Positions 36,923 to 46,394 of a DNA stretch of 64,000 nt are shown here, one piece after another. Below the pieces are notes generated by a model. The model had not been told where the DNA came from and made no database searches. It worked only from the letters and a program-made list of their open reading frames with translations. The stretch spans positions 4,282 to 68,281 of the forward strand of contig CAZBGL010000068.1 in the NCBI GenBank assembly GCA_964491375.1, given 5' to 3'. The translations under genes and the position numbers were made by a program. Each line of letters begins with the position of its first letter. Position 1 is the first letter of the stretch. This DNA is from an uncultured Thermodesulfobacteriota bacterium (lineage in GTDB: Bacteria; Desulfobacterota; Deferrisomatia; Deferrisomatales; Deferrisomataceae).

Positions 36923-38603
36923 CCTGCCCCCGGCCCTGGTGCTGTGGCTCGGGGCGGCCCTCGTGCCCCTGGTGCCCCGCAGGCTCCGGCCGGCGGTGTT
37001 CCCCCTGTTCCCCCTGGCCGCCCTCGCGCTGGTCTGGTCCCTGCCCGAGGGCGTGCTGTGGAGCGCGGACTACCTGGGCTACCGCCTGGTCCCCCTGGAG
37101 GTGGACCGGATGAGCCGGGTGTTCGGCACGATCTTCGCCCTGATCGGGGTGCTGGGGGGGGTGTACGCCCTGCACGTGCGGGACACCGGCCAGCAGGTGG
37201 CGGCGCTCCTGTACGGCGGGGGCGCCCTGGCCGTGACCTTTGCCGGGGACTACCTGAGCCTGTTTTTGGGCTGGGAGGTCATGGCGGTGGCCTCGGCCGG
37301 CCTGGTGTGGGCGGCCCGCACCCCGGAGGCGTCGGCCGCGGGCCGCCGGTACGTCCTGGTGCACCTGTTCGGGGGGAGCCTGCTCCTGGCCGGGATCGCG
37401 CTCCAGGTGGCCTCCACGGGGTCCCTGGCCCTCGCGCCCTTTGCCCCGGGCGAGTCGGCCGCGGCCTGGCTGGTGCTGGCCGGGGTGGCCCTCAACGCGG
37501 CCCTGCCGCCGCTGCACGCGTGGCTCCCGGACGCGTACCCCCGGGCCACGGTCACCGGCGCGGTGTTCCTGAGCGCCTACACCACCAAGACCTCGGTGTA
37601 CGTGCTGGCGAGCCTGTTCGCCGGGTGGGACGTGCTCATCCCCCTGGGGGTGGCCATGGCCCTCTACGGCGTGGTGTACGCCGTGCTGGCCAACGACATC
37701 CGGGAGATCCTCGCCTACCACATCATCAGCCAGGTGGGGTACATGGTGGCGGCCGTGGGCATCGGCACCGAGCTGGCCCTGAACGGCGCCGCAGCCCACG
37801 CGTTCAGCCACATCCTGTACAAGGCGCTCCTGTTCATGGGGGCGGGGGTGGTGATCCACACCACCGGCCGGAGCCAGCTCACCCGGCTCGGGGGGTTCGC
37901 CGGCCGTCAGCGCCTGGCCGTGGCCCTGTACATGATCGGGGCGTTCTCCATCTCGGGGTTCCCCCTGTTCAACGGGTTCGTCAGCAAGGCCGTGATCGTG
38001 AGCGCCGCGGGGAAGAGCGGCCACACCGCCGCCATGGTGCTCCTGCTTCTGGCCTCGGTGGGGACGTTCCTCCACACGGGCCTCAAGCTCCCCTACTTCA
38101 CCTGGTTCGGCCGGGACCGGGGCATCGTGCCGGCGCCCGCGCCCCGGAACATGCTCGCGGCCATGGCCGCCGTGGCGGCCCTGTGCATCCTGTACGGGGT
38201 GGCCCCCGGGCTCCTGTACGGCATGCTTCCGTTCCCCATGGCGTACCGGCCCTACACCGTGCCCCACCTGGCGGAGACCGCCCAGATCCTGGTGTTCACC
38301 TTCGTCGCGTTCTGGCTCCTCAGGGACAAGCTCGCCGGCGAGGACACGATCGCCCTGGACACCGACTGGTTCTACCGGCGGCCCGGTTCGTGGGTGGGCC
38401 GCGTCCTCCTGTCCGCAGCGGACCGGGCGTTCTCCGCCGCGGACGAGGGGGTGTCCCGGTGTGCCCGGGCGTTGGCGAGAGCGGTCTGTTCGCTTTCGTC
38501 AGAACCACCCCGCCGCGTTTCAGTGGGAGGGAGCCTCGCGCTCGCTCTGGCGCTTATGGTCGCGGCCGCGGTGCTCGCCGTGGGTGGGGCGGTGACCCCC
38601 TGA
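36912..38603 (+). CDS. MrpA/NuoL-like antiporter subunit 3 (Proton_antipo_M)
   Basis: 563 aa. Motifs LFLGWEVMAVAS, PPLHAWLPDAY, ILAYHIISQVGYM and HAFSHILYKALLFMG, plus a C-terminal extension with extra TM helices. Confidence 0.85.
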   Translation: MMPDLPPALVLWLGAALVPLVPRRLRPAVFPLFPLAALALVWSLPEGVLWSADYLGYRLVPLEVDRMSRVFGTIFALIGVLGGVYALHVRDTGQQVAALLYGGGALAVTFAGDYLSLFLGWEVMAVASAGLVWAARTPEASAAGRRYVLVHLFGGSLLLAGIALQVASTGSLALAPFAPGESAAAWLVLAGVALNAALPPLHAWLPDAYPRATVTGAVFLSAYTTKTSVYVLASLFAGWDVLIPLGVAMALYGVVYAVLANDIREILAYHIISQVGYMVAAVGIGTELALNGAAAHAFSHILYKALLFMGAGVVIHTTGRSQLTRLGGFAGRQRLAVALYMIGAFSISGFPLFNGFVSKAVIVSAAGKSGHTAAMVLLLLASVGTFLHTGLKLPYFTWFGRDRGIVPAPAPRNMLAAMAAVAALCILYGVAPGLLYGMLPFPMAYRPYTVPHLAETAQILVFTFVAFWLLRDKLAGEDTIALDTDWFYRRPGSWVGRVLLSAADRAFSAADEGVSRCARALARAVCSLSSEPPRRVSVGGSLALALALMVAAAVLAVGGAVTP

Positions 38604-38690
38604 AAGGGCACGGGGGAGCCGGCCCCGCTCCTCCTTCCCCGTCCTGCTGCTCCCTCCTGCCCCGCCGGGAAGAGGGGGTGCCCCCGATAC

Positions 38691-38723
38691 AAAAAAAGGC
38701 GAACCGCTGATTCGCGGTCCGCC
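38691..38723 (-). terminator. Intrinsic terminator of tRNA-Leu(CAG)
   Basis: On the minus strand: stem GGCGGACCGC / GCGGTTCGCC (one G-U pair), loop GAATCA, then 7 T. Lies 12 nt after the tRNA 3' end. Confidence 0.8.
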
Positions 38724-38735
38724 CTGCACGCCCTC

Positions 38736-38824
38736 TGGTGCCGAAGAGAGGATTCGAACCTCCACGGGCTTGCGCCCACCAGATCCTGAATCTGGCGCGT
38801 CTACCAATTCCGCCACTTCGGCAC
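38736..38824 (-). tRNA. tRNA-Leu (anticodon CAG), CCA encoded
   Basis: The reverse complement folds as a cloverleaf. Acceptor GTGCCGAAG.../...CTTCGGCACCA. Anticodon stem CCAGA/TCTGG with loop TTCAGGA. Long variable arm. T-arm GGAGGTTCGAATCCTC. Confidence 0.9.
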
Positions 38825-38832
38825 GACGCACT

Positions 38833-38861
38833 TTGATAGCACGGGGCCGGGTTGAGGTCAA
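38833..38861 (-). promoter_or_regulatory. Sigma70-like promoter of tRNA-Leu(CAG)
   Basis: On the minus strand: TTGACC (38861-38856), a 17-nt spacer, then TATCAA (38838-38833), about 8 nt before the mature tRNA 5' end. Confidence 0.6.
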
Positions 38862-38871
38862 GAGGGGTGCG

Positions 38872-38900
38872 TTGCCGGGCCCCGTACCCGCCGTTATACT
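38872..38900 (+). promoter_or_regulatory. Sigma70-like promoter of the thioesterase-rnr-ubiB-rluA operon
   Basis: TTGCCG (38872-38877), a 17-nt spacer, then TATACT (38895-38900). Confidence 0.5.
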
Positions 38901-38982
38901 AGCCCCGCTTTTCCGGAGGGCGGCCGGGCCCCGGTGCCGCAAGGGCCCCGGGGATGCGGAGGGTTCCGACGCGGAGGTGTTC

Positions 38983-39387
38983 ATGGAACTGGACTGGAAC
39001 GACGGGTGTTTCGTGTGTGGCCCCAACAACCCCGAGGGGCTGCGCCTGGAGTTCCGGGTGGACGAGTCCGCCCGGGCGATCGAGACGGTGTGGGTGCCCC
39101 GGCCGGCGCACGCCGGCTACGAGGGCATGGTCCACGGCGGGCTGGTGGCCACGGTGCTGGACGAGACCCTGGGGAAGCTGTCCACCGTGCTCGGCACGCC
39201 CGCGGTGACGGCCGAGCTCACCGTCCGGTACCGGAAACCCGTGCCGGTGGGACGGCCGCTTCGCGTGCGGGGCCGGATCACCGGGGAGCGGGGCCGGCTG
39301 CTCACCGGCGAGGCCGAGGCCGTGCTGGAGGACGGCACGGTGGCGGCCACCGCCGCGCTCAAACTCATGAAAGGGAACTCCCGGTGA
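38983..39387 (+). CDS. PaaI-family hotdog-fold thioesterase
   Basis: ATG 38983 (MELDWNDGCFVCGPNNPEGL). Motif HGGLVATVLDETLG. 134 aa. Confidence 0.8.
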   Translation: MELDWNDGCFVCGPNNPEGLRLEFRVDESARAIETVWVPRPAHAGYEGMVHGGLVATVLDETLGKLSTVLGTPAVTAELTVRYRKPVPVGRPLRVRGRITGERGRLLTGEAEAVLEDGTVAATAALKLMKGNSR

Positions 39388-41513
39388 TCCCCAAGCCCGA
39401 GACGTTCGTCCGGTTTCTGATCGAGCGGGCCCCCCAGCCCCTGACCCTGCGGCAACTGATGCGGCGGCTACGGGTGAAGCCCGCCGAGGAGGGTGCGTTC
39501 CTCGAGTTCCTGGAGGAACGGCTCCGGGTGGGGGATGTGGTGGAGATCAAGGGGGGGCGTTACGCGCACCCTTCCCGGGTGGGGCTGGTGGTGGGCCGGG
39601 TCCAGGTGCATCCGGACGGGTTCGGGTTCGTGGTGCCCGAGGACCCGGATCTGCCCCACGTGTACATCAAGCCCCGATGGTTGCGTGCGGCCATGCACGG
39701 CGATCGGGTGGTGGCCCGGATCGAGCGGCGTCCGCCCAAGGGGCCCGAGGGCCGGATCATCCGGGTCATCGAGCGGGCCACGCGCCGGCTCACGGGCCAG
39801 TTGCGCATCCGCCGCAAGGCCGCGGTGGTGGTACCCCTGGACGAGCGGTTCCTGCACGAGGTGTACGTGGCCCCGGATGACCTGGGGGGGGCGGCCGACG
39901 GCCAGATCGTGCAGGTGGAGCTCACGGCGTACCCGTCGGAGGAGGCCGGCCCGGAGGGACGGGTGGTGCAGGTGCTCGGAAGCCCGGGCGACCCCGCGGC
40001 CGAAGCCAAGGCCATCGCCCTCAAGCACGGGATCCCCGTCGCCTTCCCGCCCTCCGTGGAGGAGGAGGCCGAGGCCGTGCCCGAACGGGTGCGGCGGGCG
40101 GACCTGAAGGGGCGGGCGGACCTGAGGGAGCTGCCGTTCGTGACGATCGACGGGGAGACGGCCCGGGACTTCGACGACGCGGTGTGCCTGCAGGAACTGG
40201 AGGACGGCCGGGTGCGACTCCTGGTGGCCATCGCGGACGTGAGTCACTACGTGCGGCCCGGAAGCGCGCTCGACGACGAGGCCTTCGCGCGGGGCACCTC
40301 CACGTACTTCCCGGACCGGGTGTTCCCCATGCTCCCCGAACGGCTGTCCAACGGGATCTGCAGCCTGGTGGCCGGCCAGGACCGGCTCGCGGTGGTGGCG
40401 GACCTCGTGTTCAGCCGGGGGGGGCGCCGCCAGCAGGCCCGGTTCGCGGCGGCCGTGATCCGGAGCCGCCACCGCCTCACGTACGGCCAGGTGGCCCGGA
40501 TCCTGGACGACCCCGACTGCGAGGAAGCCCAGAGGCTCTCCGACGTGACCCCCATGCTGCTCCGCATGGGGGAGCTGGCCCGGGCCATGCGGGCCCGCCG
40601 CCGGGAGCGGGGCAGCCTGGACTTCGATCTGCCCGAGGCGGAGATCGTGCTGGACGTGCGGGGCCGGCCCGAGGACATCGTTCGGGGAGAGCGCAACGAG
40701 GCCCACTACCTCATCGAGGAGTTCATGATCGGGGCCAACGAGGCCGTGGCCGACTTCCTGGCGGCCCGCGAGATCCCGTGCCCCTACCGGATCCATCGGC
40801 CCCCGGACCCGGAGAAGGTGGAGGAGTTCCGCCGGTTCGTGCACAACTTCGGATACACGCTCAAGGGCCGGGTCCGGCCCAGCCCCCGGGACTTCCAGGC
40901 CCTGCTCCACCAGGTGGAGGGCAAACCCGAGGAGCGCATGATCCACAACGTGCTGCTGCGCACCATGGCCAAGGCCGTGTACTCGCCCGAGAACGAGGGC
41001 CACTTCGGCCTGGCCTCGGAGCGGTACCTCCATTTCACCTCGCCCATCCGGCGCTATCCCGACCTGATCGTGCACCGCCTCCTCAAGCGGGCTCTCCGGG
41101 GCCGTCCCCCCTCCAGGGAGTGGTGCCGGAAACAGCGCCGCTACCTGGAGCACGCCTGCCCCCACCTGTCGGCCCGGGAACGGGCCGCCGAGGCGGCCGA
41201 GCGCGAGGCCGTGCAGTGGAAGAAGTGCGAGTTCATGGCCGACAAGGTGGGCTCGGAACACTGGGGGTTCATCACCGGCATCGCCAGCTTCGGTTTCTTC
41301 GTGGAGCTGGAGGACGTGTTCGTGGACGGCCTGGTCCACGTGTCGAGCCTGGAGGACGACTTCTACCACTTCTCCGAGGAGCTCCAGACCCTGATCGGCG
41401 AGCGCACGGGGCGCACGTTCCGGGTGGGCGACCGGGTGCGCGTGCGGGTGGAGCGGGTCAACGTGGCCCGGCGGCAGATCGACTTCGCCCTGGTGGAACG
41501 GGGGAGGCCGTGA
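39384..41513 (+). CDS. rnr: Ribonuclease R
   Basis: GTG 39384 overlaps the thioesterase stop. RNB motifs FVTIDGETARDFDDAV, YFPDRVFPMLPE and HFGL..YLHFTSPIRRYPDL. C-terminal S1 domain (GFFVELEDVFVDGLVHVS). Confidence 0.92.
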   Translation: MIPKPETFVRFLIERAPQPLTLRQLMRRLRVKPAEEGAFLEFLEERLRVGDVVEIKGGRYAHPSRVGLVVGRVQVHPDGFGFVVPEDPDLPHVYIKPRWLRAAMHGDRVVARIERRPPKGPEGRIIRVIERATRRLTGQLRIRRKAAVVVPLDERFLHEVYVAPDDLGGAADGQIVQVELTAYPSEEAGPEGRVVQVLGSPGDPAAEAKAIALKHGIPVAFPPSVEEEAEAVPERVRRADLKGRADLRELPFVTIDGETARDFDDAVCLQELEDGRVRLLVAIADVSHYVRPGSALDDEAFARGTSTYFPDRVFPMLPERLSNGICSLVAGQDRLAVVADLVFSRGGRRQQARFAAAVIRSRHRLTYGQVARILDDPDCEEAQRLSDVTPMLLRMGELARAMRARRRERGSLDFDLPEAEIVLDVRGRPEDIVRGERNEAHYLIEEFMIGANEAVADFLAAREIPCPYRIHRPPDPEKVEEFRRFVHNFGYTLKGRVRPSPRDFQALLHQVEGKPEERMIHNVLLRTMAKAVYSPENEGHFGLASERYLHFTSPIRRYPDLIVHRLLKRALRGRPPSREWCRKQRRYLEHACPHLSARERAAEAAEREAVQWKKCEFMADKVGSEHWGFITGIASFGFFVELEDVFVDGLVHVSSLEDDFYHFSEELQTLIGERTGRTFRVGDRVRVRVERVNVARRQIDFALVERGRP

Positions 41514-43189
41514 ACCTCTACACCCTGACCCAGACGTACCGGTCGCTCAACCGGATCCGGGAGATCGTCCTGATCCTCTCCAAGCACGGGTTCCACCAGG
41601 TGCTCGAGACGGTGGGCCTGGCCCGGTTCCTCCCGCTGTCGCGGCGGTTCCGGGTACGCAGCGGGGTGGAGGGGGACGTCTCGCCCGCGGTGCAGCTCCG
41701 CATGGCCCTGGAGGACCTGGGGCCCACGTTCGTGAAGCTGGGGCAGATGCTCTCCACCCGCCCCGACCTGATCCCCCCGGAGTTCGTGGAGGAGTTCAAG
41801 CGGCTCCGGGACGAGGTGCCGCCCTTCCCCTTTGGGGAGGCCCGCCGGATCATCGAAGAGGAGATCGGGGCCCCCCTGGAGGAAGCGTTCGTGGAGGTGG
41901 ACCCCGATCCCCTGGCCGCGGCAAGCATCGCCCAGGTGCACCGGGCGCGGCTGCACGACGGCTCCCGCGTGGTCCTCAAGATCCAGCGCCCCGGGATCGA
42001 CCGGGTGGTCTCCCAGGACCTGGCCACCTTGTACCTGCTGGCCGCCCTGGTGGACCGGTACGTGCCCGAGAGCCGGCCGTTCCGGCTGCGGGAGATCGTG
42101 GACGAGTTCGCCCGCACCCTGCGGCGCGAGCTGGACTTCTTCCTGGAGGCCTCCAACACGGAGCGCTTCCGCCAGAACTTCCGGGACTTCCACGGGGTGG
42201 TCATCCCAGCGGTGCGCTGGGAGTTCACCACCCGGCGCCTCCTGGTCCTGGAGGCCATCGACGGCCGGCGGGCCGAGGACCCGGAGGCCCTGCGCGAGCT
42301 CGGGCACGACACGTCGGCACTGGCCCGGAGGCTGGCCCGGGCGTTCCTCAAGCAGGTGTTCGACGACGGGCTCTTCCACGGCGACCTCCACGCGGGCAAC
42401 GTGCTCGTCACGCCGGACGGGCGGATCGCGTTCCTGGACTTCGGCGCGGTGGGCTACCTGTCGGAGGAGGCCCAGGAGTGCCTGGGGCACCTTTTCCTCT
42501 CGATGGTCACCCGGGACTACGCCCAGATGGCCGACGGGTTCGTCCGGCTCGGGAGCGCGGACGAGACCGTGGACCTGCGTGCCTTCCAGCGGGACCTGCG
42601 GGAGCTGATCGAGCCGTACTTCGGGCGTCCCCTCAAGGACCTGCGGGTGGGGCACATCCTCCGGGAGGCCTCCCAGATCGCCGTACGTCACCGGGTGCGG
42701 GTGCCGCCCGACCTGGTGCTCCTGGCACGCTCGATCCTCACCGTGGAGTCCCTGGGCCGGGAACTGGCCCCGGACTTCGTGGTCCTGGAGGAGGCGGTGC
42801 CGTTCGCCCGCAAGCTGCTGCTGAGGCGGGCCGATCCGCGGCGGCAGGCCCGGATCGCCTACCGGACCTTCCGGGACCTGAGCGACTTCCTCCGCGCCCT
42901 CCCGGGCCAGGTGAGCCGGATCCTCCAGAAGCTCCTGGAGGGCAAGCTGGCGGTGGACTTCGTACACAAGGGGTACGAGCCCCTGCTGGCGGAGCTGGAC
43001 CGCTCTTCCAACCGTCTGAGCTTCGCGATGATCGTCTCGGCCCTCATCATCGGGTCCTCCCTGATCGTGCTGGCCGGCCGGGGGCCGTTCGTGTGGGACT
43101 TCCCGCTCCTGGGCGTCCTGGGGTTCCTGGTGGCCGGGGTCCTGGGGTTCGGGCTGGCGTTCGCGATCCTCCGGTCCGGCAAGCTGTGA
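41510..43189 (+). CDS. ubiB: ABC1/UbiB-family atypical kinase
   Basis: GTG 41510 overlaps the rnr stop. Motifs LGPTFVKLGQMLSTRPDL, AAASIAQVHRARL and FHGDLHAGNV. Two C-terminal TM helices. Confidence 0.88.
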   Translation: MNLYTLTQTYRSLNRIREIVLILSKHGFHQVLETVGLARFLPLSRRFRVRSGVEGDVSPAVQLRMALEDLGPTFVKLGQMLSTRPDLIPPEFVEEFKRLRDEVPPFPFGEARRIIEEEIGAPLEEAFVEVDPDPLAAASIAQVHRARLHDGSRVVLKIQRPGIDRVVSQDLATLYLLAALVDRYVPESRPFRLREIVDEFARTLRRELDFFLEASNTERFRQNFRDFHGVVIPAVRWEFTTRRLLVLEAIDGRRAEDPEALRELGHDTSALARRLARAFLKQVFDDGLFHGDLHAGNVLVTPDGRIAFLDFGAVGYLSEEAQECLGHLFLSMVTRDYAQMADGFVRLGSADETVDLRAFQRDLRELIEPYFGRPLKDLRVGHILREASQIAVRHRVRVPPDLVLLARSILTVESLGRELAPDFVVLEEAVPFARKLLLRRADPRRQARIAYRTFRDLSDFLRALPGQVSRILQKLLEGKLAVDFVHKGYEPLLAELDRSSNRLSFAMIVSALIIGSSLIVLAGRGPFVWDFPLLGVLGFLVAGVLGFGLAFAILRSGKL

Positions 43190-43848
43190 CGACCGGCCCG
43201 TTTCCGTTCCGGATCCTGCATCTCGGAGACGAGTTCGTGGCCGTGGACAAGCCGGCCGGGTGGCTCTCCGTGCCGGCCCGGAGGCGGGACGACCCGAGGC
43301 CCTGCGTGGGCCTGGAGCTCCAGCGCGCTCTGGAGACCCGGATCTGGCCCGTCCACCGGCTGGACGAGCCCGTGTCCGGGGTGCTCCTGTTCGCCCGGTC
43401 CGCCCGGGCCCATCGGCTGGCCAACGGGTGGTTCGAGCGGCGGCAGGTGCGCAAGCTCTACCAGGCCCTGACCGAGGGGGATCCGGAGGGCCTGCCGGAA
43501 GGGGAGGACGTGGAGTGGCGCTCCTCCATCAAGCGGGGAAAACGCCGGGCGTACGAGAGCCCCCGCGGCAGGGCCGCGCTGACCCGGGCGCGGTTCGTGG
43601 GCGGACGCCGGGAGGGGCTGGCCTGGGAACTGGAGCCGTTGACCGGGCGCCCCCACCAGCTCCGGGTGCACCTGGCGGCCCGGGGGTTTCCGGTGTTGGG
43701 CGACGCCCTGTACGGCTCCGGGCGGGCGTGGCCCGGCGGGGGCATCGCCCTGCGGGCCGTGCGCCTGGACCTGGGGGCGTGCCCCGGCGCCCGGGAGGCC
43801 GGCCTCCCGGTGCGGATCGAGGCCGCCCCCCTGTTCGGGGCGGCATGA
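43186..43848 (+). CDS. RluA-family pseudouridine synthase
   Basis: GTG 43186 overlaps the ubiB stop. Motifs VAVDKPAG, HRLDEPVSGVLLFAR and RPHQLRVHLA. Confidence 0.85.
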   Translation: MTTGPFPFRILHLGDEFVAVDKPAGWLSVPARRRDDPRPCVGLELQRALETRIWPVHRLDEPVSGVLLFARSARAHRLANGWFERRQVRKLYQALTEGDPEGLPEGEDVEWRSSIKRGKRRAYESPRGRAALTRARFVGGRREGLAWELEPLTGRPHQLRVHLAARGFPVLGDALYGSGRAWPGGGIALRAVRLDLGACPGAREAGLPVRIEAAPLFGAA

Positions 43849-43909
43849 CCGGAAGCCGCCCGGTCCGTCTTCCCGGTGAACGCCCGCCGGACGGGCACAG
43901 GACGTCGCG

Positions 43910-45781
43910 ATGAGCGTGGAGACCGACCGCCTTCTTCCCGAGGCCCCCGAGGGGCCGGACGACGTGTTCGACGTGGTGATCGTTACGGGCGACGCCTACG
44001 TGGACCATCCGGCGTTCGGCGCGGCCCTGGTGGGGCGTTTCCTCGAATCCCTCGGGTTCCGGGTGGGGATCCTGGCCCAGCCGGACTGGACCCGGGTGGA
44101 CGACTTCCGCCGGTTCGGCCGGCCCCGGCTGTTCTTCGGCGTCACCGCGGGCAACCTGGACTCCATGGTGGCCCACTACACCCCGGACCGCCGGCGCCGG
44201 AGGCGGGACGCCTATTCCCCCGGGGGGAGGCCCGGCCGCCGGCCCGACCTCGCCACGGTGGTGTACGCCCAGCGATGCCGCGAGGCCTTTCCGGACGTGC
44301 CCGTGGTGCTGGGCGGGGTCGAGGCGAGCCTGCGGCGCCTGGCCCACTACGACTTCGTGGAGCAGCGGATCCGCCGGTCCGTCCTGGTGGACGCCAAGGC
44401 GGACTTCCTGGTGTACGGGATGGCGGAAAGGGCCCTGAAGGACCTGGCCCTGGGGCTGGCCCGGGGGGCCTGCGGGGAGGAACTGCGCCGCATCCGGGGC
44501 GTGGCGTACCGCACGTCTCGGCCCCCGGTGGGCCCGGACGTGGTCGTTCTCCCCTCGTATGAACGCGTCGCGGGGGACCGGGACGCCTTCTTCGAGTACT
44601 TCCGGAGGCTGGACGCGGCCCTGCGGCGCCCGTCTCCGCCGGTGCTCGTCCAGCCCCACGGGTCCCTGGCCGTGGTGGTCAACCCGCCCGCCGAGCCCCT
44701 GGGCCCCGACGAGCTGGACGCCCTCTACCACCTCCCGTTCACCCGGCGATACCCGGCCCGGTACGAAGGGGAGGGCGGGATCCCGGCCCTGGAATCCGTG
44801 CGCTTCTCGGTGGTGACCCACAGGGGGTGCTACGGGGGATGTTCCTTCTGTGCCCTGGCCGTGCACCAGGGCAAAGGGGTGGTGAGCCGTCCGGCCGAAG
44901 GGGTGGTGCGCGAGGTGCGCCGCCTCGCTCGGCATCCGGACTTCCGGGGGACCCTCCAGGACATCGGGGGGCCCACGGCCAACATGTACGGCACCGGTTG
45001 CACCAAGGCCGGCCCCGGCCGGTACGCCTGCGACCGCCCCAGTTGCCTCACGCCGGACGTGTGCCCCCACCTGGAGACCTCTGGGGCCCGGTTCCTCGAA
45101 CTGCTCCGCGCCGTGCGGCGCGTGCCCGGGGTCAAGCACGCCTTCGTGGCCTCGGGGCTCCGGCACGACCTGCTCCTGCGGCCGAACCAGCAACGGCTCC
45201 TGAGGGAACTGCTCCAGCACCACGTGGGCGGGCAGATGAAGGTGGCCCCCGAGCACGTGGCCAACCGTGTGCTCCGGCTCATGGCCAAGCCCGGCCGCCG
45301 GACGTACCGGGAGTTCCAGGAGCGGTTTGCGCGGCTCCGGCGGGAGCTCGACCGCCCCCTCTACCTGGTGCCCTACCTGATGACCGGGCACCCCGGGTGC
45401 GACCTGACCGATGCCGTGGACCTGGCGCTCTTCGTGCGGGAACTGGGGCACTACGTGGAGCAGGTGCAGGACTTCACGCCCACCCCCATGACCCGCTCCA
45501 CGTGCATGTTCTGGACGGGCCGCGACCCCCTGACGGGCGAGCCGGTCCACGTGCCCACGGGCCGGGAACGCCGGATCCAGAGAGCCCTCGTCCAGTACCG
45601 GGATCCCAGGAACCGCCGGATCCTGATCCGGCACTTCGAGGCCGAGGGCCGACCCGAGGTGCTCCGCATGCTGTACGGGCCGCGGTACCGGCGGGCCGGG
45701 CCGGGAGGCCGGCGCCGGCGCACGGGCCGGCGCCGGGGCTTTGACGGCGGGTCGAAACGCTGTGATAATCAAGAGCCTTGA
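43910..45781 (+). CDS. ygiQ: YgiQ-family radical SAM protein (UPF0313)
   Basis: 623 aa. N-terminal [15 protein letters not shown]. Radical SAM motif CYGGCSFC. Basic C-terminal tail. Confidence 0.88.
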   Translation: MSVETDRLLPEAPEGPDDVFDVVIVTGDAYVDHPAFGAALVGRFLESLGFRVGILAQPDWTRVDDFRRFGRPRLFFGVTAGNLDSMVAHYTPDRRRRRRDAYSPGGRPGRRPDLATVVYAQRCREAFPDVPVVLGGVEASLRRLAHYDFVEQRIRRSVLVDAKADFLVYGMAERALKDLALGLARGACGEELRRIRGVAYRTSRPPVGPDVVVLPSYERVAGDRDAFFEYFRRLDAALRRPSPPVLVQPHGSLAVVVNPPAEPLGPDELDALYHLPFTRRYPARYEGEGGIPALESVRFSVVTHRGCYGGCSFCALAVHQGKGVVSRPAEGVVREVRRLARHPDFRGTLQDIGGPTANMYGTGCTKAGPGRYACDRPSCLTPDVCPHLETSGARFLELLRAVRRVPGVKHAFVASGLRHDLLLRPNQQRLLRELLQHHVGGQMKVAPEHVANRVLRLMAKPGRRTYREFQERFARLRRELDRPLYLVPYLMTGHPGCDLTDAVDLALFVRELGHYVEQVQDFTPTPMTRSTCMFWTGRDPLTGEPVHVPTGRERRIQRALVQYRDPRNRRILIRHFEAEGRPEVLRMLYGPRYRRAGPGGRRRRTGRRRGFDGGSKRCDNQEP

Positions 45782-45817
45782 TCCCGGGACCGCGACAAAG
45801 CCACGGGAGGAGACCCG

Positions 45818-46387
45818 ATGAACGTCGGAAAGCGCATACGCCGGATGCGGGAGGCCCAGGACCTCACTCTGGCCCAGGTGGCCCAGATGACCGGCCTGGA
45901 GGAAGCCTACCTCCAGGCCGTGGAGGAGGGGCGCGAGGTCCCGTCCATCGGCGCGGTGCTCAAGATCTCCAGGGCCCTGGGATCGCGCCTGGGCCAGATC
46001 CTGCACGAGGCGGGGACCCGGTCCGACATCTTCAGCATCGTGCGCGCGGGCGACGGCCAGACCGTGGACCGCCAGACCCGGGTCCAGCGCACGGGCCAGG
46101 GGTACACGTATCAAAGCCTGGTGGCGCCGGACCTGCGGGGCCAGGGCATGGAGCCCTTCCTGGTGACCTTTGACCCCAAGGCGGCCTCCACGGTCCAGCC
46201 CATGGTCCACGAGGGCGAGGAGTTCATCTACATCCTCTCGGGAACCGTGGAGCTCCTGTACGACGGCGAGACCTACACCCTGAAAAAGGGCGACAGCCTC
46301 TACATCGACTCGTCCCGCCCCCACGCGCTCCGGGGGATCGGGAAGACCCCGCCCCAGGCCCTGGCCGTCATCTATTCCAGGGACTGA
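45818..46387 (+). CDS. XRE-family HTH regulator with C-terminal cupin domain
   Basis: 189 aa. HTH IRRMREAQDLTLAQVAQMTGLEEAYLQAVEEG. Cupin HEGEEFIYILSGTVEL...GDSLYIDSSRPHA. Confidence 0.85.
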   Translation: MNVGKRIRRMREAQDLTLAQVAQMTGLEEAYLQAVEEGREVPSIGAVLKISRALGSRLGQILHEAGTRSDIFSIVRAGDGQTVDRQTRVQRTGQGYTYQSLVAPDLRGQGMEPFLVTFDPKAASTVQPMVHEGEEFIYILSGTVELLYDGETYTLKKGDSLYIDSSRPHALRGIGKTPPQALAVIYSRD

Positions 46388-46394
46388 GCCTGTC

